Below are positions 16,981 to 24,954 of a stretch of 32,000 bases of DNA, piece by piece. Numbering within the stretch: position 1 is the first letter of the stretch; each line of letters starts with the position of its first letter. The stretch spans positions 3,600,001-3,632,000 of the forward strand of contig NZ_CP147990.1 of assembly GCF_037902255.1 (NCBI RefSeq). The letters are read 5' to 3'. The DNA comes from Candidatus Electrothrix sp. GW3-4 (GTDB lineage: Bacteria > Desulfobacterota > Desulfobulbia > Desulfobulbales > Desulfobulbaceae). Under the pieces are notes generated by a model. The model saw nothing but the letters and a program-made list of their open reading frames with translations, had not been told where the DNA came from and did no database searches. Position numbers and translations under genes: made by a program.

Positions 16981-18177
16981 ATGCCTGAAACTTCAACCTG
17001 TACAACCGCTGCCATTATCCCGGCAGCAGGCTTCGGTACCCGGATGGGAGCCGATATCCCTAAGCAATTCCTTGAACTGGCCGGAGAACCCCTCCTGGTG
17101 CGTACCCTGCGGGTCTTCCTTGCCCACCCGGCTCTCCATCTTATCATGCTTGTCCTGCCTCCTAAGCATCTTCAGTCCGGCAAAGAACAGCTCCTTCCCT
17201 TCCTGACCCCAGAACAACAAGAGAAGATCCTCTATACCGCCGGAGGCGAAACCCGCCAACACTCGGTACAAAACGGTGTACAGGCCCTGCCTGCTTCCAT
17301 TGAACGAATTTTTGTCCATGATGGGGCCCGCCCCTTGGTCAGTGCGGAGATTATCGATCGCTGTCTTGCTGGCATTGAGGAACACGGGGCTGTGATTGCG
17401 GCGGTCCCGGTCAAGGATACCCTGAAAGAGGTCGAGGACGGTACCGAGATCATTGGCACTGTGGATCGCTCTCTGCTCTGGCAGGCCCAAACCCCCCAGG
17501 CTATGGATCTGCATTTGCTGGAACGGGCCTATGAGTATGCGGCAGCCACTGGGTTTATCGGCACAGATGAGGCCTCGCTGCTGGAACATGCTGGCGTCTC
17601 AGTGAGTGTGGTTATGGGCAGTGAGGAGAATATCAAGATTACCCGACCAAAGGACCTGCGGATTGCTGCTGCTTTCCTGCAGGAAGACCGGAAAAAAGGA
17701 GAAACAATGCGGATAGGACATGGTTTTGATGCCCATAGATTAGGGGAAGGACGGAAGTTGATTCTGGGTGGAGTAGAGATTCCCTCTCCACTGGGTCTGA
17801 TAGGTCACTCAGATGCCGATGTCCTGGTCCATGCCCTGTTGGACGCCCTGCTCGGTGCCTTAGGTGAAGGGGATATTGGCCAGCATTTCCCGGACACGGA
17901 TGAACAGTACCAAGGCGCGGACAGCCTCAAGCTGCTTGAACGGGTGATGGAGCTGGTTCATGCCAGGAAGATGCGTTTGAGTAACGCGGATATCACAGTG
18001 GTCTGCCAGCAGCCCAGGCTTGCCCCCTATCTCGCGGCTATGCAGGCCAACCTCAAAGCAGCCTGCCAGACAAAAGAGATGAATATCAAGGCCACCACCA
18101 CCGAGGAGATGGGCTATACCGGGCGGGGAGAGGGCATTGCCACCCATGCGGTGGTGCTCCTGACCAAGGCGGCATAA
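16981..18177 (+). CDS. ispDF: bifunctional 2-C-methyl-D-erythritol 4-phosphate cytidylyltransferase / MEcPP synthase
   Basis: IspD N-terminus AAIIPAAGFGTRMG. The IspF half starts MRIGHGFDAHRL, with HSDADVLVHAL. ATG 16981 is used because the ORF-track start at 16660 lies inside rnpB. Confidence 0.9.
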   Translation: MPETSTCTTAAIIPAAGFGTRMGADIPKQFLELAGEPLLVRTLRVFLAHPALHLIMLVLPPKHLQSGKEQLLPFLTPEQQEKILYTAGGETRQHSVQNGVQALPASIERIFVHDGARPLVSAEIIDRCLAGIEEHGAVIAAVPVKDTLKEVEDGTEIIGTVDRSLLWQAQTPQAMDLHLLERAYEYAAATGFIGTDEASLLEHAGVSVSVVMGSEENIKITRPKDLRIAAAFLQEDRKKGETMRIGHGFDAHRLGEGRKLILGGVEIPSPLGLIGHSDADVLVHALLDALLGALGEGDIGQHFPDTDEQYQGADSLKLLERVMELVHARKMRLSNADITVVCQQPRLAPYLAAMQANLKAACQTKEMNIKATTTEEMGYTGRGEGIATHAVVLLTKAA

Positions 18178-18476
18178 TTAAAGACCTCTTGGTGACGTGG
18201 GGTCTCATAACCACACGGGAGTATCTTTGCCCCGCAGCAACTACGGCGGCAGAAGAGGTGGCTATCCTGGAAATGAAATCTCATTGAAAGACAAGGAAAT
18301 TCCATAAGCTCCAGCAAGGAATCGGGTGACATATACTTTTTTTTCCCATATACTGTCCATAATATAAGACAATGCATACGGTTTCCAACAAATCCATCCA
18401 GGACCAACCAAGAGCAGCAAGAGCATCATCCATCACGATGGGCAGGCCATCTGATAATAACCAAAGGAGGTAATCA

Positions 18477-19490
18477 ATGAAAAAAATCTCTGTACTGACA
18501 ACAGGAATCCTCGCCTTATTCCTGGTTGCCGGAAGCACCAGCGCCTTTGCCAGAGCCTCTGGCATTATTGCCCAAGGCGAATTTTCTGTGTATAAGAAGG
18601 GTAAACTCACCAAGAAGATGTCAGGCACCACCCCTGTCACCGAAGAGGCCTTGCTTGTCTGCGAAGGCAAATGCCTGCTCAAGACAACCGGTATTGCTCT
18701 GGTCGTGCAGGATGGAACCGAGATGGCCGTCAAAAAAGGCCCGGATCGTTTCAACCTTATGGTCATGAACGGACTGGTTGATTTCTCCCTGACCGACCAG
18801 GCAGGCAAGATGGCCTTTTATACCGCAGACGGCCAATATACCGTTGGCGACCCTATGTTCAATACCAGCACCGCAAATGCCGTTCGTGGCTATATGCAGA
18901 TAGCTGATGACGGACGTGCCCGGGTTGGGCTGCATGAAGGCCGGATGGTCTTCAGCACCGGCGAAGGGGCCAAAACCATCAACAGCAACGAGTACATCTT
19001 GCTGAAAGCCGAGGCAAAGACCACCCCGTCTACCACAGGGGTCGCTGCCACTGAAGTAGGCCCTGCGGGTGGTGCCATTGGCGGATGGAGCTGGTTCGGG
19101 TTTGGCCCAGGCACTATCTTTACGACCTGTACAGTTGTCACCATGACGACCGTCACCACAGTAAGCAAATCCAAGGGCTCAGGCAAAAATCCCTACAAGA
19201 ACGCCTCAAAAGGATCAAAGAAAAGTTCCAACGGAACTACAGTCACCAAGACAACAACGACAACAAAGACAACAACCGGAACAACAAAAACGACAACAAA
19301 GACCAAGACAAAAGGTTCTGTCAAGGTGACTCGTCCTTGGCCGCCCAAGGGTTCCAAAGGAATGATGCCGCCCAAGGGTTCCAAAGGAACGATCATAGTT
19401 CAGCCATGGCGCCCGCTCCCTCCTCCTCCTTGGCAACCGTGCTCCACCTGTCCACCGCCCTGTTGCCCACCTCCCAGCCCCTCCACCTGA
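18477..19490 (+). CDS. secreted hypothetical protein with a Thr/Lys-rich then Pro/Cys-rich low-complexity tail
   Basis: A strong SD (AAGGAGG) precedes the start. The signal peptide is MKKISVLTTGILALFLVAGSTSAFA. A beta-rich roughly 190-aa domain is followed by TTVTKTTTTTKTTTGTTKTTTKTKTKG, 2x PPKGSKG, and the ending PPPPWQPCSTCPPPCCPPPSPST. Confidence 0.7.
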   Translation: MKKISVLTTGILALFLVAGSTSAFARASGIIAQGEFSVYKKGKLTKKMSGTTPVTEEALLVCEGKCLLKTTGIALVVQDGTEMAVKKGPDRFNLMVMNGLVDFSLTDQAGKMAFYTADGQYTVGDPMFNTSTANAVRGYMQIADDGRARVGLHEGRMVFSTGEGAKTINSNEYILLKAEAKTTPSTTGVAATEVGPAGGAIGGWSWFGFGPGTIFTTCTVVTMTTVTTVSKSKGSGKNPYKNASKGSKKSSNGTTVTKTTTTTKTTTGTTKTTTKTKTKGSVKVTRPWPPKGSKGMMPPKGSKGTIIVQPWRPLPPPPWQPCSTCPPPCCPPPSPST

Positions 19491-19567
19491 TGGGACATGC
19501 AGCAGATACGAGGAGCAGGCATGAGAAGAGGTCATAATCTGTTCTGAGGGGAACAGAGAAGCAAAAA

Positions 19568-19606
19568 CAGGGGTTGTCGGGTTATCTCGGCAACCCTTGT
19601 TTTTTA
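19568..19606 (+). terminator. Rho-independent terminator
   Basis: caggggttg...caacccttg (9-bp stem including one G.U pair), followed by tttttta. Confidence 0.7.
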
Positions 19607-19718
19607 TCCCTTGCGCTCCTCATCAGCAGAGCTTTATTATATTGCAGGCAGGAGAATCAATCCGACAAAGAACAGCGCCAATACTGCACATATTCCCTTC
19701 TTTTCCCCTTCTCCTCTG

Positions 19719-21101
19719 ATGACAACGACAAACAGAAATGCCCTTCTTATCGCCGGGACCCATTCTGGCTGCGGCAAGACCACAGTCACCCTAGGCCTCA
19801 TGGCTGCCCTGAAACAGCGCGGGCTGGCTGTCCAGCCTTTTAAATGTGGCCCGGACTTTATCGATCCTACCCTCCATCTCCTGATGACTGATCAGGTCTC
19901 ACGCAACCTGGATGTACGGATGTGTGGCGCAGACTATGTCCAGCGCCTCTTCCAGACCCATGCCCCTTTAGCAGGGGATCCCCCGCAGAGTAACCAGACA
20001 ATATCCATTATCGAAGGGGTGATGGGCCTGTTTGATGGGGGCCAGGGCTCTGCTGCGACCTTGGCCCGACTCCTCAACCTCCCTGTCCTCCTGGTGGTGG
20101 ATGTCCGTTCCGCAGCAGAGAGTGTGGCTGCGGTGATCAAGGGCTTTGAAACACTTGATCCCCAGGTAGAGATCACAGGGGTGATTCTCAATCGGGTGGG
20201 GAGCGAGCGACATAGGCAGATGATCAACGATGCGGTCAAACAGCATTGTCAGGCCAAAATTATCGGGGCCTTGCCCAGAGATACACAGGTTTCCCTGCCC
20301 TCCCGTCACCTTGGCCTGCACATGGGGAGCGAAGTTGAACTCAATCGCCAGCATCTGGTAGCGCTCATGGAGGAGCATCTGGATCTGGATCTGCTCCTCA
20401 AAATAGCTCAACAAAGGCAAACAGAGCCAGCGCTTCAGGATAAAAAATCGCTCCCGGCATCACCGGGGGCAGCCAAGGTCAGCCTGGGCGTGGCCAGGGA
20501 CGAGGCCTTCTGCTTCTATTACCAAGACAACTTGGACATGCTGGCGCAGGAAGGGGCAGAGCTGGTTTTCTTCAGCCCCCTCCATGATGCCAATCTGCCC
20601 GAGGGACTTAATGGCCTCTATCTGGGGGGCGGATACCCTGAACTCCATGCCAAGGCCCTGGCAGCCAACACCAGCATGCAGGCCGATATCCTGGCCTTTT
20701 CCCGTTCCGGTAAACCAATCTATGCCGAGTGCGGGGGCTTTATGTACCTGACCGAGGCCATCATCCCCGCAGATGAGCAGCAGTACCCCTACCCTATGGT
20801 TGGCGTTTACCCGGTGATTGCACGGATGCAGCAGGGCCTGCGCAGACTGGGCTATCGGCAGGTAACAATGCAGGCTGCAACCATCCTTGGCAGCGCAGGC
20901 AACCAATGCTACGGACATGAATTTCACTACTCAGCTATAGGCACGATGCCCAAGGAGATCAAACGGAGCTATGTGCTGGATGACGGTCGGGAAGAGGGCT
21001 TTCTCAGGGATAACACCCTGGCTGGCTATGTCCATCTCCATTGGGGCAGAACCCCGGAAGCTGCCCAACATTTTGTGCAGATGATGCGTAAGATGCGATA
21101 A
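19719..21101 (+). CDS. cbiA: cobyrinate a,c-diamide synthase
   Basis: The N-terminus LLIAGTHSGCGKTTVTLGLMAALKQRGLAVQPFKCGPDFIDP and the C-terminal glutamine amidotransferase motif YAECGGFMYL are present. ATG 19719 (MTTTNRN) is preferred over the ORF-track start. Confidence 0.85.
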   Translation: MTTTNRNALLIAGTHSGCGKTTVTLGLMAALKQRGLAVQPFKCGPDFIDPTLHLLMTDQVSRNLDVRMCGADYVQRLFQTHAPLAGDPPQSNQTISIIEGVMGLFDGGQGSAATLARLLNLPVLLVVDVRSAAESVAAVIKGFETLDPQVEITGVILNRVGSERHRQMINDAVKQHCQAKIIGALPRDTQVSLPSRHLGLHMGSEVELNRQHLVALMEEHLDLDLLLKIAQQRQTEPALQDKKSLPASPGAAKVSLGVARDEAFCFYYQDNLDMLAQEGAELVFFSPLHDANLPEGLNGLYLGGGYPELHAKALAANTSMQADILAFSRSGKPIYAECGGFMYLTEAIIPADEQQYPYPMVGVYPVIARMQQGLRRLGYRQVTMQAATILGSAGNQCYGHEFHYSAIGTMPKEIKRSYVLDDGREEGFLRDNTLAGYVHLHWGRTPEAAQHFVQMMRKMR

Positions 21102-21122
21102 GAAGCAGGAGGCAAGCCAATC

Positions 21123-21842
21123 TCACGGCTCTCGCACCTCAAGAGAGAAACAGAGATACCCGAACTGCTGCTCAATATAGGCAAGCAGGGTGTAGATGAG
21201 CAGAACAATCCCGTTCATCTCTAAAAACTCCTCAATGGTATAGAGTACGGTATAGGTGACACTGTAATAGCCGTGCAGCTCAGCCTCTCGCCCGCCAAGC
21301 ATATCAAAGCCTGCCGCCCCGGTAAGAAAGATAATCGCAGAAAGGATCAAGAGAACCGCTGTCTTGCGGGGCAGCCGGAGGATAAAGCGAAAATAGAGGA
21401 TCCCCAGGATGGCCATCAAGATACTGTAGGGAAGAATCCAGGGGAAATAGAGCAATCCGCTTGCCTCAAGAATCCCTGTTGATCTGATGTATTCTTTTGT
21501 GTACTCACCGAGTCTCTCATGCAGGACAAAGGCTTCATCCAGGGAGAGAAAGAGAAAAACAGCGGCAAGACCGAGCCAATAACAGCGCTTCCTTCCCTGC
21601 TTTTTCTCTAATGACGAGATACAAAAAAAGAGCAGGGAAGATAAAAACAGGGCAAAGCCTGAATAAAAGGAAGGGATATTCTTCTCTATATCCAGATCAA
21701 CATATGCTGCAATTCCCCTCAAGTCCTGATTCCCGGTAGAGAGAAGAACTGTCTGGGCGATACTGTGCAGCACGGTCAAGAGAATGACAAATGCCAGAAA
21801 AAAGAGAGCTGTTTCTCGGGGATGTATTTTCAGCTGAAACAT
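21123..21842 (-). CDS. hypothetical polytopic membrane protein, paralog A (about 6 TM; intramembrane LDEAFVLHE and EEFLEMNG motifs)
   Basis: Six hydrophobic segments. It is a clear paralog of 22762..23493, and the C-terminal third is almost identical at the DNA level. Confidence 0.7.
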   Translation of the reverse strand: MFQLKIHPRETALFFLAFVILLTVLHSIAQTVLLSTGNQDLRGIAAYVDLDIEKNIPSFYSGFALFLSSLLFFCISSLEKKQGRKRCYWLGLAAVFLFLSLDEAFVLHERLGEYTKEYIRSTGILEASGLLYFPWILPYSILMAILGILYFRFILRLPRKTAVLLILSAIIFLTGAAGFDMLGGREAELHGYYSVTYTVLYTIEEFLEMNGIVLLIYTLLAYIEQQFGYLCFSLEVREP

Positions 21843-21913
21843 AGCCAGAGCAGGAACCAGTAATTGAAAGGAAAAAAAGAGCCGTTGAAAGCCTGATTAA
21901 AAACTCAGACGTC

Positions 21914-21962
21914 AGCTGTCTCCCTCCCGATAGTTTCTAAGGTCTCGAAAAGGGAGACAGCT
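21914..21962 (-). terminator. 12-bp stem hairpin between the RGY gene and paralog A (possible terminator/attenuator)
   Basis: agctgtctccct (21914-21925) pairs with agggagacagct (21951-21962) around a 25-nt loop. On the minus strand a T5 run follows about 10 nt later. Confidence 0.35.
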
Positions 21963-22097
21963 CGACAACATAGCTGTCCGGTACAGAGACGTGCAGATAA
22001 AAACCTCTTGAAGCAGGCTTAATCGTCGTTAGTAGCCATAGCCATAGCCATAGCCGTAGCCTCTGTATTCATACCGATCATCTCATCGAAGTAACGG

Positions 22098-22433
22098 CTA
22101 ACGCCCTCCATTAGCGCCGCGATATTCGTAGCGGCTACCGCGCTCGTATCCACTGCCGCGATACTCATACCGATCATCATCGGAGTAGCGGCGGTCGTTG
22201 CCTCGATACTCATAACGATCATCATCATAATAGCGCCCGGTTCCGTGATACGCATAACGATCATCGGAGTAACGTCCTCCATAATTGCCACGATATTCGT
22301 AGCGGCTACCGCGGTCGTAGTATCCACTGCCGCGCTCGTATCCACTACCGCGCCCACTGCCGTGGGCAGTTGCGAAGAGTGCCAGTACGAGGAATGATCC
22401 GACCAGGGTTAGGGCTGCTGTTTTCTTTTTCAT
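22098..22433 (-). CDS. small secreted R/G/Y/D-rich repeat protein ((D)RYEYRG repeats)
   Basis: A GGAGG SD lies 8 nt before the ATG. The signal peptide is MKKKTAALTLVGSFLVLALFATAHG. The mature part consists almost entirely of R, G, Y, D, S, E with RYEYRG recurring. Confidence 0.65.
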   Translation of the reverse strand: MKKKTAALTLVGSFLVLALFATAHGSGRGSGYERGSGYYDRGSRYEYRGNYGGRYSDDRYAYHGTGRYYDDDRYEYRGNDRRYSDDDRYEYRGSGYERGSRYEYRGANGGR

Positions 22434-22505
22434 GGGTAAACCTCCGTCTGTGATAATGGTTAAAACAATTTACTCTTATTTATGTCTCTACAATAACAGA
22501 GAAAA

Positions 22506-22549
22506 GGTTAACGAAAGATTAAGGAGAGGTTAACGGAGGATTAAAGAGC
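22506..22549. promoter_or_regulatory. tandem 22-nt direct repeat, each copy carrying a GTTAAC palindrome, upstream of the RGY gene
   Basis: GGTTAACGAAAGATTAAGGAGA (22506-22527) and GGTTAACGGAGGATTAAAGAGC (22528-22549). A third GGTTAA occurs at 22458. The repeats lie roughly 75-115 nt upstream of the minus-strand ATG at 22433. Confidence 0.3.
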
Positions 22550-22761
22550 AAAGTTTTTTCGCTTTTTTATGTTGCCTTGAAAAAATATTTCTTTCCAGTG
22601 GATGGTTTATTGATTACCGCTCCGAAATTGCTCCTTTTTCAGCAGAACAGAAAGCTGTAAGAAAAAAGGAGGCAAGCGACGGAACGAGAGGAGAATCAAA
22701 ATGAAAGATGAATTGAGAGCAGAATATAATGCAGGAGATGCGGTGACAGAAAGACAGCCCT

Positions 22762-23493
22762 TCACGGCTCTCGTACCTCAAGAGAGAAGCAGAGATGCCC
22801 GAACTGCTGCTCAATATAGGCAAGCAGGGTGTAGATGAGCAGAACAATCCCGTTCATCTCTAAAAACTCCTCAATGGTATAGAGTACGGTATAGGTGACA
22901 CTGTAATAGCCGTGCAGCTCAGCCTCCCGCCCGCCAAGCATATCAAAGCCTGCAGCCCCGGTAAGAAAGATAATCGCAGAAAGGATCAGAAGAACCGCTG
23001 TCTTGCGGGGCAGCCGAAGGATGAAGCGAAAATAGAACAATCCCAAGAGAGTCGTCAAAATACTGTAGGGAATGATCCAGGGGAAATAGAGCAGGCCGCT
23101 GACTTGCAGGATCCCTGTCCGCTGCATATATTCCTCTGTAAGGTCACCGAGCCCCTCATGGAGGACAAAGGCCTCGTCCAGGGCTAAGAAGAAAAAAACA
23201 CCGGCCAGCCCCAGCCAATAGAGCGGCCTTTGTCTGCCTTGTCTCTTCTCCAATACAGCGAGGGCAAAAAAAAGGAGAGAACAGCACAAGATCGCAAAGG
23301 CCGAATACAAGGAGGGGATATTCTTCTCAATATCCAGATCAACATAGCCTGTAATATCCAAGAGTTCCTGATTACCGGTAGCGAGAAGAACCGTCAGGGC
23401 AATACTATGGAGCACGGTCAACAAGATGACGATGACCAGGAAGAAGAGGGCCGTTTTTCGAGGATGAAGTTGCAACTGGAACATAGATGACAA
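22762..23493 (-). CDS. hypothetical polytopic membrane protein, paralog B
   Basis: Same architecture and motifs as paralog A (LDEAFVLHE, EEFLEMNG). By alignment with A (MFQL...), the second ATG at 23484 may be the true start. Confidence 0.7.
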   Translation of the reverse strand: MSSMFQLQLHPRKTALFFLVIVILLTVLHSIALTVLLATGNQELLDITGYVDLDIEKNIPSLYSAFAILCCSLLFFALAVLEKRQGRQRPLYWLGLAGVFFFLALDEAFVLHEGLGDLTEEYMQRTGILQVSGLLYFPWIIPYSILTTLLGLFYFRFILRLPRKTAVLLILSAIIFLTGAAGFDMLGGREAELHGYYSVTYTVLYTIEEFLEMNGIVLLIYTLLAYIEQQFGHLCFSLEVREP

Positions 23494-23601
23494 GGGGAGC
23501 TAAAAGTAATTGAAAGAAAAAAAGGAACCATTTATGGTACTATACCGAACTCAACAATATATTGCTTTCCTGAATTAAGCTCACCGCCACGGAAGAAAGA
23601 G

Positions 23602-24954
23602 ATGACCGACCACAGGAACAAGGAGAACGAGAACATCTCCATCTGGGAGGCCAAGAATCGGCTGACCTTTAATGAACCGCTCCGGCCCGATGATGAGCTG
23701 AGCCAACGCCTCTTTGTCGAGACCTCCTCGGCCCGGGGGGACTTCAGCCTCAAACGCCTGTACCGGGAACTGAACGTGGATAATCAGGGCATGGCCCATA
23801 CCGCGCCCCGCAAGCAGTACATCCTCTTTACCGGCCATCGTGGTTGCGGCAAGAGCACTGAGCTCCTCCGTACCGCCGCCTTCCTGCACCATCCAGACCG
23901 CTATTACGTCATCCATCTCGATTGCCTGGAACGGCTGGACATCAACAACCTCAAATACTCGGACGTACTCCTGGCCCTGGCAGCGGCCCTGCTGGAACGA
24001 CTGGAGCAGGAAGAGGGGATCATCATTGAGCAGGTCTTTCTCACCCGCCTGGAGAACTGGTTCAGGGAGCGGGTGGAGGTCCATAGTGCCCTCCAGGACT
24101 TTGCCGCTGAGGTCAAGGCCGGGGCCAAGCTACAGACCGGCCTGCCCTGGCTGGGGAAGCTGTTCGGGGAGCTGACCAATAAGATCAACATCGGGTCCAG
24201 CTATCGGGAAGAGCTGCGCCTGGTGGTCCGCAATAACTTCAGCGAATTTGCCGAGGCCTTTAACCAACTCATCCTGGCGGGCGAGGAAAAGCTCCGGGAG
24301 GCAGGCAAGGGACGACGCATCCTCTTTACCGTGGACGGCACCGACCGCCTGGACCAGGAAGATGCCCCTAAGTTCTTTGTCGAGGATGTCCACCAGCTCA
24401 CCCAGATCAATGGCCTGTTCATCTACTGCGCCCCCATCCATCTCCTCCACCAGGACAACTGCCTTACGGCCAGCTTCAGCCAGCCCTTTCGCCTGCCCAT
24501 GCTCAAGGTTCGGGATCGGGACGGGGATGATGTCACGGAAAACATCGCGGTGATGCGGGAGCTGGCCCTGCGCCGGGTGCCGGAACACCTCTTTGATGAG
24601 CTGGACACGGTGGACTCTCTGGTTCGCCATAGCGGCGGCCACCTCCGGGATCTGCTCCGCCTCCTCAATGTGGCGATCAACTATGCTGATGAGGACCGCA
24701 TTGACCGGGCTGCGGCGAAAAAGGCGGTCAAGCAGGTGGCCAATGAATACCGCCGCTTCATCAACACCGAAGACTATGCCCGCCTGGTCCAGATCGACCT
24801 GCACCCGGATGCGCCGGATGATTTCACGGACGAGCAGAGCAGCCTGATGCTCTATAATCTGATCCTGCTGGAGTATAACGATTACTTCTGGAAGAGCCAT
24901 CCCCTGATCACCACCCTGCCTGGTTATCAAAAGGCCATGCAGGCGACCGGCTAA
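23602..24954 (+). CDS. P-loop NTPase, AAA+ ORC/Cdc6-like (uncharacterised)
   Basis: Walker A FTGHRGCGKST, a Walker-B-like RRILFTVDGTDRLD, and a C-terminal helix HSGGHLRDLLRLLNVAINYA..IDRAAAKKAV reminiscent of the Cdc6/ORC sensor-2 region. Confidence 0.65.
   Translation: MTDHRNKENENISIWEAKNRLTFNEPLRPDDELSQRLFVETSSARGDFSLKRLYRELNVDNQGMAHTAPRKQYILFTGHRGCGKSTELLRTAAFLHHPDRYYVIHLDCLERLDINNLKYSDVLLALAAALLERLEQEEGIIIEQVFLTRLENWFRERVEVHSALQDFAAEVKAGAKLQTGLPWLGKLFGELTNKINIGSSYREELRLVVRNNFSEFAEAFNQLILAGEEKLREAGKGRRILFTVDGTDRLDQEDAPKFFVEDVHQLTQINGLFIYCAPIHLLHQDNCLTASFSQPFRLPMLKVRDRDGDDVTENIAVMRELALRRVPEHLFDELDTVDSLVRHSGGHLRDLLRLLNVAINYADEDRIDRAAAKKAVKQVANEYRRFINTEDYARLVQIDLHPDAPDDFTDEQSSLMLYNLILLEYNDYFWKSHPLITTLPGYQKAMQATG

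Noticed and set aside
19085-19537. Alternative-frame ORFs (150 aa +, 106 aa -, 67 aa -) across the low-complexity tail of gene 18477..19490
   Set aside because: They are by-products of the A/C-rich repetitive coding sequence. Only the frame continuous with the signal-peptide ORF makes sense.
19491-19718. Cobalamin riboswitch expected upstream of cbiA
   Set aside because: I could not find a B12-box-like element or the expected multi-stem core. The region contains the upstream gene's terminator and a pyrimidine-rich leader only. A covariance-model scan would be decisive.
22701-22838. A 45-codon plus-strand ORF (MKDELRAEYNAGDAV…) with a good SD (GAGGAG), in the roughly 80-nt segment unique to paralog copy B
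   Set aside because: Most of it runs antisense through the highly conserved 3' end of paralog B. The equivalent frame beside copy A has no start codon. There is no supporting feature beyond the SD, so it is kept only as a remote possibility.
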